This document shows positions 20,857 through 31,602 of a stretch of 64,000 bases of DNA, one piece after another. A program made the position numbers and the translations under genes. The stretch covers positions 8,595 to 72,594 of the IMG/VR virus record IMGVR_UViG_3300045836_000088; one strand, given 5' to 3'. Origin of the DNA: a virus. The notes under the pieces were generated by a model. That model searched no databases. It had not been told where the DNA came from and saw nothing but the letters and a program-made list of their open reading frames with translations. How positions within the stretch are numbered: position 1 is the first letter of the stretch; every line of letters starts with the position of its first letter.

Positions 20857-21641
20857 TATGCTTTAGGGGTTAGGTTAGTTGCACTTCTAATCGCTTCGTT
20901 AAAGTCTGACAGGTTAAATGGATTGATTCGGCTTTTAGCTTTGCGCTTTTCATTATAGTATCGACGCTCATATTCAGCTACTACACCTGCCGGATATTTC
21001 TTGATCTGGTCAATAGAGTTTTGCCACCTGATCCATGCTAACATTGCTTCGGCAGCTCTGCTATCTATGGTATAATCTTCTGCATCCTCATCAAATCCGC
21101 TTGAAAGGTATTCTAATAATATTTGTGAGTACTGGAAGTCTGGATTTAATACAATAGTCTCTGTCTTTACATCTATTGTGTATTCTCCAATTGAAGCTGT
21201 TCCGCTTGGCAGGCCATATAGATTATAACTGGTGCCTGAATAGAAATAGTTAAAGTAATATGACAGGTTATAACCTCCGTAATATCCGTTCTGACCATCA
21301 AGACCAATACTATTAATAGTGGGGATACTTACATTTGCATTAGCCTCATCATAAAAAACAGCATGTCTTTTAGCTAATTGGTTATTGCGCTTTAAAGTCA
21401 CAAACTCGCCTGCGTTATTGATAATTCCTATTTTACTGTAGTTGATGTAATCATCTGGCAGGAACACAGTTTTATTATCTTCAACATTCAGTAGTTCGGT
21501 CTTAAATGTCCCGCATATATCAAGGTTAAATTCATTCTCTACGCCTCTAACAGCAAGATTATAAAGCCTTACAAACTGATTTTGGGACAAATCACTTGAA
21601 GAAATAAACTGTGCCACTATTTTCTTTATCGTTGTCTGCAT
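20856..21641 (-). CDS. Tail ring/tubular protein
   Basis: LPDDYINYSKI and ILLEYLS motifs; position between capsid and muzzle genes. Confidence 0.7.
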   Translation of the reverse strand: MQTTIKKIVAQFISSSDLSQNQFVRLYNLAVRGVENEFNLDICGTFKTELLNVEDNKTVFLPDDYINYSKIGIINNAGEFVTLKRNNQLAKRHAVFYDEANANVSIPTINSIGLDGQNGYYGGYNLSYYFNYFYSGTSYNLYGLPSGTASIGEYTIDVKTETIVLNPDFQYSQILLEYLSSGFDEDAEDYTIDSRAAEAMLAWIRWQNSIDQIKKYPAGVVAEYERRYYNEKRKAKSRINPFNLSDFNEAIRSATNLTPKA

Positions 21642-22285
21642 TATGATGGTATGCTTACTTCGTCATTTAATGTATCTCTCTGTCTGTTAGCTGTTGACAT
21701 CAATCTCGCAATTACCTTTTCTGATAATAAAGCCTCGTAGTTTTTCGGCAACTGCAAGACGGTATCTAACAAAGCTCCGTCAGGCATTGCGCCAATAAGA
21801 TTGATGTTTACTGCTGAAAAGTTATATTCAATGGTATTGTCAAATACTATTTTAGTATCTTCTATATAAGCAGTTACAAATCCCCTTACAGGCGGCAACA
21901 TATCCTGCGCGAACTTTGCCCTGTTTGGCATAAGTACGATTTGCTTCTTTGGAATAACCTTACCATTGAGTATAGGAATTATCTTTTGTACTTCCTGATT
22001 TGATGGTAAAGCGGTTGGAATAGCCGGAAGTTGGATATATGTATCACCCGTCAGATCATCGGTTTGTACGGCGATATTTTTAAAAGTAGCAATGAATGTA
22101 TCGTTAGCGTACGTAGTTTCACCCGCATTGCTATTCTCAAAGGCATTTTGTCGCGCAATAGCCGCCCATTCCTCAGATATAAGTTGCGCTACATGCTTTA
22201 ATGAAAAGTTGCTATCATCTGACCTCTGCCCCCTATAGAAAGTGGTCAATATTTTCTCGGCCTGTACTCTGTAGGTAGTTGTCAT
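21641..22285 (-). CDS. Tail ring/tubular protein
   Basis: Size and synteny; similar layout to the flanking ring proteins. Confidence 0.6.
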   Translation of the reverse strand: MTTTYRVQAEKILTTFYRGQRSDDSNFSLKHVAQLISEEWAAIARQNAFENSNAGETTYANDTFIATFKNIAVQTDDLTGDTYIQLPAIPTALPSNQEVQKIIPILNGKVIPKKQIVLMPNRAKFAQDMLPPVRGFVTAYIEDTKIVFDNTIEYNFSAVNINLIGAMPDGALLDTVLQLPKNYEALLSEKVIARLMSTANRQRDTLNDEVSIPS

Positions 22286-22923
22286 GCGTTAAGTTTTTCT
22301 TGAGTAATAGCAAAGTTTTCCAGTTCCGAATCGCGGAAGTTCACACCCAAATCAGTCAGCATTAAATAGCAGATTTGATCTATATCTGTATCACTCCATA
22401 CTGGCTGCACAGAATTTCCGGCATCATATACCGGCCTGTTACCTACCAGTGTGTATGCCCATTTTGAGGGTGTAGGTTTTTTTAGATAAACTAAAATTGC
22501 ATCCCCCAAAGTGACAGGATAAAACTTTAGCGTAGTCGAATACCTGATATAAATTGGAAATTCAGCGTCAGGGGCATCATAGGCACTTGATAAATGATTA
22601 GCTTTTCTGTCATCTTCCACTTCTGTTACTTCCACCTCTATTCCATCATGCACGTGTGTAATGGAATCAACGTGAAGGAGGTCTGCCGGAAAAGCGTAAA
22701 GACCATTAGTGTCAATGGTTATTGGCGTAGGGTCTGACTTTACTTTAGCAACGGTATCATTAATCTTTTCAGTGCTTCCGTATAGCTTATACTGGCTGTT
22801 GAAATACCTCATTTCAGCACGAGGCCAAAGCAAATTAAAGTCATCTGGGCTGATTGTACCCAAATAACCGCCTTTAGTTGCCCTGTATTTGACCAGTTTA
22901 AAGCATTCGTCTATCGTTGCCAT
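22282..22923 (-). CDS. Tail ring/adaptor protein (P22 gp4-like/crAss ring)
   Basis: GTISPDDFNL...FPADLL...YLKKPTPSKWAY pattern. Confidence 0.7.
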   Translation of the reverse strand: MATIDECFKLVKYRATKGGYLGTISPDDFNLLWPRAEMRYFNSQYKLYGSTEKINDTVAKVKSDPTPITIDTNGLYAFPADLLHVDSITHVHDGIEVEVTEVEDDRKANHLSSAYDAPDAEFPIYIRYSTTLKFYPVTLGDAILVYLKKPTPSKWAYTLVGNRPVYDAGNSVQPVWSDTDIDQICYLMLTDLGVNFRDSELENFAITQEKLNA

Positions 22924-22927
22924 ACAT

Positions 22928-22957
22928 CAAATATCCCCAATAAACAGCCTGTATTTT
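22928..22957 (-). promoter_or_regulatory. Putative late promoter (AAAA-N18-GATATTTG), near-leaderless
   Basis: Same spacing as the other copies; ATG 5 nt downstream. Confidence 0.5.
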
Positions 22958-22964
22958 AGGGCAT

Positions 22965-22998
22965 AAAAAAGGGGGCCAGCGTCACGCTGAAACCCCCT
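22965..22998 (-). terminator. Intrinsic terminator
   Basis: AAAAAAGGGGG...CCCCCT hairpin after the 303-aa gene. Confidence 0.6.
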
Positions 22999-23020
22999 CA
23001 CATTATGGACAGAGAAAAAC

Positions 23021-23932
23021 TTATTCCGCCAGAGCTAATTTTTCTAACTGCTCATATAAACTTACTACCGCTCTGTCGCCTTGGATTACCATAGAGGCTA
23101 ACTGTTCGGCTGCGTCACCTTCCTTTACATCGCATATTACTTTGTTAGTATCTGTAAGCACAATTTTGCCGGGATAAACCGAAGCGGAAATGGTATTATC
23201 GCGTAAAGCCATCGCGAAGTTGAACTTGTACTTATTTAATGGGTTCACAAACTGCTTTAAGAAAGCGTCAGGGAATTGTTTAGCCTTAAAGATAAACTCG
23301 GTACGTATTCTGTCCTCATCTTCTTCAGGGTTTTGAACATCAATACCGAAGAACATAGCTACAGGCAACATGTCTGCCAAATCGCATTCACGTGCTGCCT
23401 TTTCTGCCTCAAATGCCTTATCTGCATCGGTACGCATTTTTTGTCTTTGCTCATCCTCATTAACGAGGTAAAATATAGCCGGAGTTTCGTTAATAGGCTC
23501 TTTTACGCCTTTGAACACATCCTGAACGGTCAACGCATCAAGCAAAGCGGTATTATTTCCATTTACCCTTAATGAACCGTTTCTGAAAATAATATGGTTT
23601 TGTGGATTTTCAAGCTGTTGTTTAGTAGGCTCAGGGCTTACCTGATCTTTAACCCATATTGAGCTATAGCCGTACACATAACGCCAATTTTCAACCTCTC
23701 CGCGTTCTTCATTGTAACCCACGCCCTCATTAAGTGCGATATAAACAGGAGGAAAAGGGTTGTCAAGCATTTGGCCTGTCTTTAAATCTCTCGGTTTTGC
23801 ACTTTCATAGGTATTAATTAACTGGAAATGGTATCTTTTTTTATGATCCCATTTACTTGCAGCTTTCTTTCCCAACTTATTACCAAAGTTTGGATTGCCG
23901 CGTTTTGTTGTTTTTTCTTCTGCTTCTGCCAT
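23021..23932 (-). CDS. Hypothetical protein following the major capsid gene
   Basis: 303 aa; synteny resembles crAss-like capsid modules. Confidence 0.6.
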   Translation of the reverse strand: MAEAEEKTTKRGNPNFGNKLGKKAASKWDHKKRYHFQLINTYESAKPRDLKTGQMLDNPFPPVYIALNEGVGYNEERGEVENWRYVYGYSSIWVKDQVSPEPTKQQLENPQNHIIFRNGSLRVNGNNTALLDALTVQDVFKGVKEPINETPAIFYLVNEDEQRQKMRTDADKAFEAEKAARECDLADMLPVAMFFGIDVQNPEEDEDRIRTEFIFKAKQFPDAFLKQFVNPLNKYKFNFAMALRDNTISASVYPGKIVLTDTNKVICDVKEGDAAEQLASMVIQGDRAVVSLYEQLEKLALAE

Positions 23933-23959
23933 AAAATTTTAATTGATATAAGATAAAAT

Positions 23960-23987
23960 AAGCCCGACAACTAAGTATCGGGCTTTT
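23960..23987. terminator. Intrinsic terminator after major capsid gene
   Basis: AAGCCCGA...TCGGGCTT hairpin. Confidence 0.6.
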
Positions 23988-23998
23988 AAATTTAATTA

Positions 23999-25357
23999 TT
24001 ACACACCTTGCATGATTGCGTACTGTTGTGCGCCTGCAACTCTTACACCCCAATAGCCGATAGTAGTCATTACTTTCTCAGCTTTGGTTGAAGTAGGTCT
24101 ATCAGCGAACAAACCGTTTTCAGCCATGTGCCATTTGTTACCGCCAAATGGAGTTTGATACATGATAGTGAAACGCGGAACGGTCACGGTAGTACCGCTT
24201 TCATTTACTCCTGAAGTTTTACCTTGAGGAATGAATAAAGAGAAACGGTAGCGTTTACCCAAACCTGATGAACTGTACATCGCTTGCTCATCAAACAACT
24301 GGTAGTTGGTGAAGTTGTACTTACGTTTGTAGATTTTCAACGAATCGAAGTCCCTTGAAATATCTATACCACCTCTTTTACCTGCATTGTCAGCATAAAC
24401 AATTGCCCCGTTGTTAATTTCGGTAAAAATTGAGTTCTGCATCTCAATGTAAGATTGGTTGTCAGACAGTACGTCATACTCTTTAGGCGCACCAATAGAG
24501 CTTAAAGCACGCTCTAATTGAGCAAAAGTGGTAGTTACGCCCCAAGTATTATAAGTACCATTCACACCGTTAGCCTGAACTTGCTTAATTACACCGTTAG
24601 TGCCTTCCTCAGCGTAAGGCAGGTTATTTGCCTGAGTACCTTCCATAATCAGGTATTCGCGCTCTAAAAGCAATGCTAAGTCATCGTCCTGCTTTTGTTT
24701 GTAGGTATATGAGTACTGGCCGTTAACCTGAAAATCGATCTTTTCAGCAGCAGACAAATCACCAATGGTAGTATCTTTACGGATTTCGGTACAGTAGTTG
24801 GTGTATTTGTCAATATCGCGGATAACAGTTTGTGTTTTGTCTGACTGCTCACCTAAGTAAAGGAAGCCACGACCTAACAACTCATCACCTGCAAGTGTTG
24901 ATACATTTTCTCCTGTGTTAAGCGGAGTTAACACGAAGGTATGCGCATTTGGTGTAGATGTATTAGGAACAGCACTTACACGACCGTCAACGCCTGTACG
25001 GGAGTTGCGGAAGATCATTCCTAATGCAGGCAATGATTTAGTACCACTCTGAGAATAACCACCTGCACCTACGGTAATAGTAGCAGATGCGCCGTTGGCT
25101 ACTGATACCGCACTTGATGAAGTCACAAAGCCCAAGAATGAGCCCCTGTTCTGATACCACAAAAATGCTTTGTTTGGTGACTTCTCAATATTACCTGCAA
25201 GCTCATTAACCATCACGTATGGCACGAAATTGCGGGTTTCGATAAACTTATCATAAGGGTGAACGGTTACAATGTTCAACCCTGAGATCAAACCGTAACG
25301 GGTTACGGAAGAATCGGTATAATTCGCCGGTGTGGCGTTTGGTGTTGTGATTGACAT
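23999..25357 (-). CDS. Major capsid protein
   Basis: 452 aa after the scaffold; KYTNYCTEIRKD, LLLEREYLIMEG and GTNGVIKQV patterns of HK97-fold Bacteroidota podovirus capsid proteins; followed by a terminator. Confidence 0.85.
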   Translation of the reverse strand: MSITTPNATPANYTDSSVTRYGLISGLNIVTVHPYDKFIETRNFVPYVMVNELAGNIEKSPNKAFLWYQNRGSFLGFVTSSSAVSVANGASATITVGAGGYSQSGTKSLPALGMIFRNSRTGVDGRVSAVPNTSTPNAHTFVLTPLNTGENVSTLAGDELLGRGFLYLGEQSDKTQTVIRDIDKYTNYCTEIRKDTTIGDLSAAEKIDFQVNGQYSYTYKQKQDDDLALLLEREYLIMEGTQANNLPYAEEGTNGVIKQVQANGVNGTYNTWGVTTTFAQLERALSSIGAPKEYDVLSDNQSYIEMQNSIFTEINNGAIVYADNAGKRGGIDISRDFDSLKIYKRKYNFTNYQLFDEQAMYSSSGLGKRYRFSLFIPQGKTSGVNESGTTVTVPRFTIMYQTPFGGNKWHMAENGLFADRPTSTKAEKVMTTIGYWGVRVAGAQQYAIMQGV

Positions 25358-25386
25358 TTTCTAAAATTTTAATTGTTTGGATTAGT

Positions 25387-26430
25387 TTAACCCCATAATA
25401 ATGCCCCAACATCGGCAGGTGTACCTTGTGTACCTTGCGATCTTTCACCTTCAAAATCAATGTTCTTGATCTCTTTGGCAATTACGCCTTTGGTAGCGGC
25501 AACCGCAGCTTGACTATAGACGGATTTAACGATTTTACTAAGGTTCTCCAAAGTATGCACATCCTCGGCAATCTTCAAGACATTCAAAGTTCCATCTTCA
25601 TTTTTCCATCCTCTTTGCGTCATAAATTGATCTCCAGTCCATCCCTTCATTGCTTCAACACGCGCCTTTCTATCATCATCGGTCATTTTAAAAACCACTT
25701 CCTCGGGGTTCTTATCATCACCAACATTGAACTTTAGATCGGCTAACTTTACGACTTCGGTATCAATTGCTGCTTCCCACTTCTTTTTCGCTTCCTCAAC
25801 CTGTTCCGGAGTGGGTTGATTGGCTTGTACAGGAGCGGGTTCTTCCTGCTTTATTTTGGGTAATTTTATGGTTTTCTGCAATTCTGATAGCTTAATACGG
25901 GCATCCCTCGCATCCCTATTCAACGCCATTTCATTGCGTTCAACTTCGGCGTTATGCCTTACCGCATCTTCAAACTCTTTTGGCTGTAAATCCTTATCAA
26001 TAGTTGATAAATCTACTTTTTCAAGGTTATTGCCATATTTAAAGCGTACTTCAAGCTCGATCTCATCTTTACTCCAAGAAGGGTTATCCTTCCGCAACGC
26101 TTCTCTAACTACATCCAATGCAGCCATTGTCTTATAGTCCTTTTTACGCTCGCTGAGATAGCTATAAATATCATCCTCTTTGTCGTTCTGAATAGCCTCC
26201 AATAGCCATTTCTGATCATCGTTAAGCTCCGGGTACTTCTCTACAATCTTTTCGACCACCTTTTCAATAACCTGTGGCTCTTGTGCTGCTGCTGGCGGCT
26301 CAACAACAGGTGTTTCCACTGTAGCTGCCGGAGTTTCAACTACTGGCGTTTCTACAACAGGTGTTTCGACTACTGGTGCTTCGGTTTGCTGCTCGACCGG
26401 TGCTTCGGGCATTCCCATATATCCTGACAT
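25387..26430 (-). CDS. Putative capsid scaffolding protein
   Basis: Acidic protein with N-terminal (PVVET)n repeats and coiled coil, directly upstream of the capsid gene. Confidence 0.7.
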   Translation of the reverse strand: MSGYMGMPEAPVEQQTEAPVVETPVVETPVVETPAATVETPVVEPPAAAQEPQVIEKVVEKIVEKYPELNDDQKWLLEAIQNDKEDDIYSYLSERKKDYKTMAALDVVREALRKDNPSWSKDEIELEVRFKYGNNLEKVDLSTIDKDLQPKEFEDAVRHNAEVERNEMALNRDARDARIKLSELQKTIKLPKIKQEEPAPVQANQPTPEQVEEAKKKWEAAIDTEVVKLADLKFNVGDDKNPEEVVFKMTDDDRKARVEAMKGWTGDQFMTQRGWKNEDGTLNVLKIAEDVHTLENLSKIVKSVYSQAAVAATKGVIAKEIKNIDFEGERSQGTQGTPADVGALLWG

Positions 26431-26467
26431 AATTTTCTCTTTAAATTGTCCTTTATGTTAATTTTCT

Positions 26468-26920
26468 CTATTTACTATTACGATTATCAAACGCCTGTAT
26501 ATCTGTCCCATAATCCTTTACTACAGCATTGGTTTTAGGGTCTACCACAACCGCTACAGGGAACTTGTGACTTAATGTTTTACTTCCCGGCCACCCATCA
26601 ACAGGAGACAGCCCCGGCATAATATCAGCCTCACTTTTTACACCGTCTACCTGCGCTTTACCTGCTTTCCAGTTCGCCACCAATTGGTCACGGTAGTCGT
26701 GCAAATCCTGCTGAACGTGTGGTATAAAATCAGGACTAACCTGATACTGAGGATAGGCCATGTTGTACTTATTAAGTAACATCATACCTACTCGTTTATC
26801 GCGTCTATCCAACATTGGATTGTTAGCCATTTTTTGCGCAGCAACAAAATCTACAAACTTATTCCAGTTTGTTTTCTGTTCCGGCGTTAATGCTCCTGAT
26901 GATTTATTTCCGTCTGGCAT
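26468..26920 (-). CDS. Hypothetical protein (possible peptidoglycan-binding motif)
   Basis: LSPVDGWPGSKT resembles the DGxxGxxT motif. Confidence 0.55.
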   Translation of the reverse strand: MPDGNKSSGALTPEQKTNWNKFVDFVAAQKMANNPMLDRRDKRVGMMLLNKYNMAYPQYQVSPDFIPHVQQDLHDYRDQLVANWKAGKAQVDGVKSEADIMPGLSPVDGWPGSKTLSHKFPVAVVVDPKTNAVVKDYGTDIQAFDNRNSK

Positions 26921-26924
26921 ATGT

Positions 26925-26954
26925 CAAAAATATGTATTGGATTGATTTGATTTT
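26925..26954 (-). promoter_or_regulatory. Putative late promoter (AAAA-N18-TATTTTTG)
   Basis: Motif spacing conserved; downstream of the portal terminator. Confidence 0.55.
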
Positions 26955-26970
26955 GAGCCACTATTTTCCA

Positions 26971-27005
26971 TAAAAAAGCCCCCTTACACTCGCTGTTTGG
27001 GGGCT
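26971..27005 (-). terminator. Intrinsic terminator after portal
   Basis: AAAAAAGCCCCC...GGGGGCT. Confidence 0.6.
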
Positions 27006-27038
27006 AAAAACGCAAACTAAAACTATATGAAACTACTA

Positions 27039-29477
27039 TTAAGCTGCTTGTTGTTCTTGTGGTGGCGGCTGTTGCTGTTGTTGTTCAGCCTGTAATTGTG
27101 CTTGTTGCTGTGCTTGTGCCTCTGCTGCTTCTTGGTCTTGCATTTCATGAATGGCATTGACCATTATTTGTTTTTGGGTTTGGTCTACTATTCCTAACCC
27201 GTCCCAAACAAATTGCGGTATGTCTTTCCATGTTTTAGTAGGGTCATTCAATATGCCCTCAATGATCTTAGCTTTGGCAATACCTACAAATTTCAGAATT
27301 TCAATTTCCTTACTATTTTCAAGCTGTGCGGCCATTTCTTTAGCCTTATTATCAGCCTTTAACTGCTCCAGTTGCATTTCACCATCTGATTTGGCTTTGG
27401 CTGCTGCAATAGCTGACTGAGTATTGTCTATTGAATTTTGTCTTGCTTGTTGCTCTAATTCCTTTTTGCGCCTGTTAATACGTGCTGCAAGCATGTACGA
27501 AGCATACACCACATCTATTTCAGCTAATCGCCTTACATCAATAGCATCGTTTAGCTGGATTTCGTTTTGAGATAATGCTTGTGCGATATTCTGCTCTAAA
27601 AACTGTTGCTCGCTATCATCATTAACTACCTTTATCAGCACATCGAAGTTTGTCTTTTCAAAGTCGTCAGTAGCATTGATTTTAATATATTCAATATTGT
27701 TTGCTCCTAACGCTCTACGGTAGCCATCGTAAGAGTTTGTTTTACCAAATACCAGTATATCCCAACCTCTTAGTTGAACTAATTTAGCGGCTCTCTGCTT
27801 AATATTGATGTAAGAGTTGTAAATGTAATTTGACGCACTTTCGCCCATTTTTTGTGCATCATGTAGCACTTGTGCGCCCGTTCCTTGATTCCTGATTTCT
27901 CCTGCGTCAAGGCTATTGCTGCCGATAATACGATAGAGTGTGTCCCATCCCTGATTCCATTTCGCCATCAACTGTTCCAGCTTACCGGAAAATGGTACAT
28001 TGTTAGCGGTAATAGGTTCCCTGCGCTGACCTTTTCCGTCATCCTCTAAACGCTTATAAAAGCCGATACCTGTTTGCTTTTTAATCTTATACAGGTCATA
28101 AGGGGATAATGTACCTTCTCCTAAACCTATATCTACATCCGACATAGTAGAAATATCCACATCATAACCATCCGGCATAGCAGCTGCAATTATTTTCTGC
28201 TGTTGCAGGTCAATAAGCTGCATCATCTTAATGGTAGGTATCATAGTTTCAATCAATGGCGTATTTACCATTTGATTGTTACCATACATATAGACAGCGT
28301 ATGATGAATAGATTTCCTGCAAGTTCTGTGAGGGCTTAATCATATTTTTAGATAAGCCCCATTCTAAAACATATTCAGTCTCAGCGATCATAACGCCCGT
28401 GTACTGAACGTAATATGGATTGCTTTGCAGGGTCTTTTCAGGGTCAGTAACGCGGGATATACGGTCTAACGTTTCCTTACCGAACCTATCTTGCCCTACT
28501 TTGTATTTCAGGTTATAAAGCGTTTTAAAGTCCAATTCAATAACTTCAACGCGCCAGCTATCGTATGGCCTTGCTAATGCTGTAGTATAGGCGGCATCCC
28601 ATCCATAACTAAAGTCAGCAGGATTACCAAACTTACCTTTAGCATTTTGCGCCAATTCAAATAGCTTTTCTTCGCTTACTTTTCCCGGATATTTGAGGCG
28701 TATATCGGCAATAGACATATAGAATGCTTCGCCTATCCATTGCCAGTCCCTAAAGTCATTCCATTCTGTATAAGAAGTAATTAGATTTTCAGGCTTGATA
28801 AAGCGAATTTTAATACGCCCTGTAGCGTCGATAAATACTTTTACACCTGCATATCCACAATTAATAAGATCGTCCATTAGGCGGTCTTTAATTACACCGT
28901 CAAAGTCATTTTCATACATGACAAGCGTAATTAACTCCTGCATCATTATTTCTTCTTCTTCCTTGTAGTTATAGCCAAACTCTACGTTAACTTCTTCCTC
29001 ACTTTGCGGGTCGTTATCACTAAAATTCTCAATAGGAACACCAGATTGTTGCTGCAATTGCATAATTCGCAATTTCTCGCGCAATTTGAACAAGGCATTA
29101 TCTTTAGCCTTTTTCTTTTTATCTGTGACGTATGGGTCTATTGAGTTACAGGATATTTTCTCTATCCGTTGGTTATACCGATCTTTTAGCCTGTTTAAAA
29201 AAGGAATAGCTATAGGAAGTGGTGAGTAGTCAAGATTCACTACAGATAATTCCCCGTCAAGGTCAAGGCGGTCTTTATATTCATCCATAGGCTGTTTACC
29301 CATAGCGAAAGCCCTGTTATAGTCAAATCTCGCCTTACGTCCTGAACGTGTTTCGCCATTATACCCTGTATTCCACTTGTTGTATGCCCCGGTCATAAGT
29401 TTAAGACCAAATGAAGGCAAGTCCTTTTGATCGTCCGGCAATAGAGGGTTTGGCATTGTTGATGTACCTGTGAGCAT
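27039..29477 (-). CDS. Portal protein
   Basis: 812 aa directly after the terminase; FAMGKQPMDEYKD, NLDYSPLPIAIPF and PENLITSY patterns; Q-rich tail. Confidence 0.85.
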   Translation of the reverse strand: MLTGTSTMPNPLLPDDQKDLPSFGLKLMTGAYNKWNTGYNGETRSGRKARFDYNRAFAMGKQPMDEYKDRLDLDGELSVVNLDYSPLPIAIPFLNRLKDRYNQRIEKISCNSIDPYVTDKKKKAKDNALFKLREKLRIMQLQQQSGVPIENFSDNDPQSEEEVNVEFGYNYKEEEEIMMQELITLVMYENDFDGVIKDRLMDDLINCGYAGVKVFIDATGRIKIRFIKPENLITSYTEWNDFRDWQWIGEAFYMSIADIRLKYPGKVSEEKLFELAQNAKGKFGNPADFSYGWDAAYTTALARPYDSWRVEVIELDFKTLYNLKYKVGQDRFGKETLDRISRVTDPEKTLQSNPYYVQYTGVMIAETEYVLEWGLSKNMIKPSQNLQEIYSSYAVYMYGNNQMVNTPLIETMIPTIKMMQLIDLQQQKIIAAAMPDGYDVDISTMSDVDIGLGEGTLSPYDLYKIKKQTGIGFYKRLEDDGKGQRREPITANNVPFSGKLEQLMAKWNQGWDTLYRIIGSNSLDAGEIRNQGTGAQVLHDAQKMGESASNYIYNSYINIKQRAAKLVQLRGWDILVFGKTNSYDGYRRALGANNIEYIKINATDDFEKTNFDVLIKVVNDDSEQQFLEQNIAQALSQNEIQLNDAIDVRRLAEIDVVYASYMLAARINRRKKELEQQARQNSIDNTQSAIAAAKAKSDGEMQLEQLKADNKAKEMAAQLENSKEIEILKFVGIAKAKIIEGILNDPTKTWKDIPQFVWDGLGIVDQTQKQIMVNAIHEMQDQEAAEAQAQQQAQLQAEQQQQQPPPQEQQAA

Positions 29478-29496
29478 ACTTACTTTTTTAACAAAC

Positions 29497-31602
29497 TTAT
29501 CTATTATAAGCGTTGCTTTTTTTGAGCTTTAAAAACGTCAAAACTTTGGTTTCTACCTTTTCTGACTGCTTCCATTCCTTTAATCCCATTAGTGAATAAC
29601 CCCATGCCATGCAAGCGTCATAGTCGGTACGCTCATCTATATCAAACTTTACCATTTCTTTCAGCAGGCGCAGGAATTTTATCTTGTGCATATTGATTAA
29701 AGCATATTCCTTCATTTCAGTAAGGTGCTGCTCTCTTGCTTCTTTATCCTGTGGTGCTATGCCGTACACTTCGGAACCATTCGCACGTTTACTGGTAATC
29801 AGGTAGCCAACTTTCTTAGGGGCATCCAATTCAGAAGCAAGCCTGTTTTCTACTGCGTAATCCTCCCAATCAGTAGGTGAGCGTTCTGCTAATAATTTAA
29901 TTCCATAGTATTCAAGTCCCCAAAATACCTGATCGTGGAAGTCGCGCTTTTTATCCGGCCTTCCCAAGAACATAGCCACTGGCATGTTGGAGTTTTCAGG
30001 GTCTAACGCATCATATCGTTGGTGGATAATACAGCAAGCATCAGAACCGGGATCTACTGTGGCCTTAGCATTAGCATACGTATCTAAACCTGCCGCGCCA
30101 AACACCCCATTTGTAGGATATTTAATACTGCCATGATACTTATTTTGATTTGGCTGATCGATTAGCTTGAGGATGTACCACATGCCGTTCGGATCATCAA
30201 CTGGAACCTTCTCACCGCTGTCTTTTTTCTTAAAAGACATTCTACGGCCATTTTCCTTTTGACCTAATTTCCGGCATTCTTCCTCAATAATTGCAATTTG
30301 AGCGTTAAGCTCATCTAATTTGAAGTTACACCTGTTATTAGCTCCTTTGAATACCTCTTGCCATGTGAAAGGATTTTTTAAAATCTCCTCCAATAGCATT
30401 TCGGCATCATTCTCTAACATCTTTCGGTTTTCTTCCAGATAAGTTTTCGCACCGATATATGGGTCAGGACAAGGTAAACCAGTAGATGGGTCTATAAATG
30501 TTTTAAGATATTCTGTCTGCTCTTTAGTTGGATTTTCAATGATTGATTCACCGTATTTACCGACGTAGCCCAAAAAGCCTTTATAAGCCGGTATAAAGAA
30601 CCTTTTCAATTTACTTACTGTTCTCCCAAAGCGATCTTTTTTGCCGTTTATATGGTCTGAATTGTCCCATATTGCCCTGAAGTTATCACCACCTTCATCA
30701 CCTTTGTTGACTGTGGTAAACAACGAAACGTGACCACCGATCATAGCACCAACAACCAATGTGTCGCTGATGCGGGTTAAACACTTTTGAACGTTATATT
30801 TCTTCCATTTTCCAGCCTCATCAATAGTTACGTGCCTTACCCGTCTTCCGTCATAAGCATTCTCGGAAGTATCAAGCCAGTTTACACGGTTATTCTTACC
30901 CTTATCGCCACTGGCCTTTGTATTATTCTTAGTGATCTTTTGGGATGGTTTTGCAATATGTATTTCAGATTCCGTAACCTTGTTTAAGTCCGGCATCAAA
31001 AATTCAGGCAGATTTTCAAGGGAGTGCTTCACGAAGAAATACATCTCCTGCGCATCCGTACCTGTTTTTGAAACAATACCCTGTAATGTATTGGATTCCA
31101 GTATAGCGATCAATAATTTATTGGATGCAGACATAGAGGACAAGCCCAAACGTCTACCTTTAATACCACAATCGCCTAAACAGAATTGGTCTTTCTCGCA
31201 TATCTCAAAAAACCGCATGTACTCAAGGGAAGTTTCCTTATAAATTGGTTGTATGCCTTCTTGTAGGGTATGCCATTGATGGAAGAAGTAACAATAGTTA
31301 TTGAAGTAGGTAGGAACTCCATTAATCATTATCCAATCTCCGGTGTGCAATCTTTCAATTTCTTCCTCAAACCATTGGCGTTGGTTATTATCAGCAATAT
31401 CCCACCAACAATCACCTTTCTTAGGGTCAGTATTCCAATCCCACTGCTCATGTTCTGTTCGCCTTGACCATACCTGATCTTTAACCGGTAAATCATACCC
31501 CCGAATTGTATTTAAAGCAGGAATAGGGGGACATACATACGTAAGTCCCTGAACTTCTATCGTGAGGATTTGTCCTTCTTTATATTTAGGCTTTGGCGGC
31601 AT
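29497..31602 (-). CDS. terL: Terminase large subunit
   Basis: Walker A-like KGRRLGLS, Walker B VTIDEAGK, nuclease AAGLDTY...D...D; ATG at 31602 is the likely start. Confidence 0.92.
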   Translation of the reverse strand: MPPKPKYKEGQILTIEVQGLTYVCPPIPALNTIRGYDLPVKDQVWSRRTEHEQWDWNTDPKKGDCWWDIADNNQRQWFEEEIERLHTGDWIMINGVPTYFNNYCYFFHQWHTLQEGIQPIYKETSLEYMRFFEICEKDQFCLGDCGIKGRRLGLSSMSASNKLLIAILESNTLQGIVSKTGTDAQEMYFFVKHSLENLPEFLMPDLNKVTESEIHIAKPSQKITKNNTKASGDKGKNNRVNWLDTSENAYDGRRVRHVTIDEAGKWKKYNVQKCLTRISDTLVVGAMIGGHVSLFTTVNKGDEGGDNFRAIWDNSDHINGKKDRFGRTVSKLKRFFIPAYKGFLGYVGKYGESIIENPTKEQTEYLKTFIDPSTGLPCPDPYIGAKTYLEENRKMLENDAEMLLEEILKNPFTWQEVFKGANNRCNFKLDELNAQIAIIEEECRKLGQKENGRRMSFKKKDSGEKVPVDDPNGMWYILKLIDQPNQNKYHGSIKYPTNGVFGAAGLDTYANAKATVDPGSDACCIIHQRYDALDPENSNMPVAMFLGRPDKKRDFHDQVFWGLEYYGIKLLAERSPTDWEDYAVENRLASELDAPKKVGYLITSKRANGSEVYGIAPQDKEAREQHLTEMKEYALINMHKIKFLRLLKEMVKFDIDERTDYDACMAWGYSLMGLKEWKQSEKVETKVLTFLKLKKSNAYNR

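Noticed and set aside
26300-26390. 15-bp tandem repeats in the scaffold gene
   Set aside because: They encode a low-complexity PVVET linker, which is ordinary for scaffold proteins.
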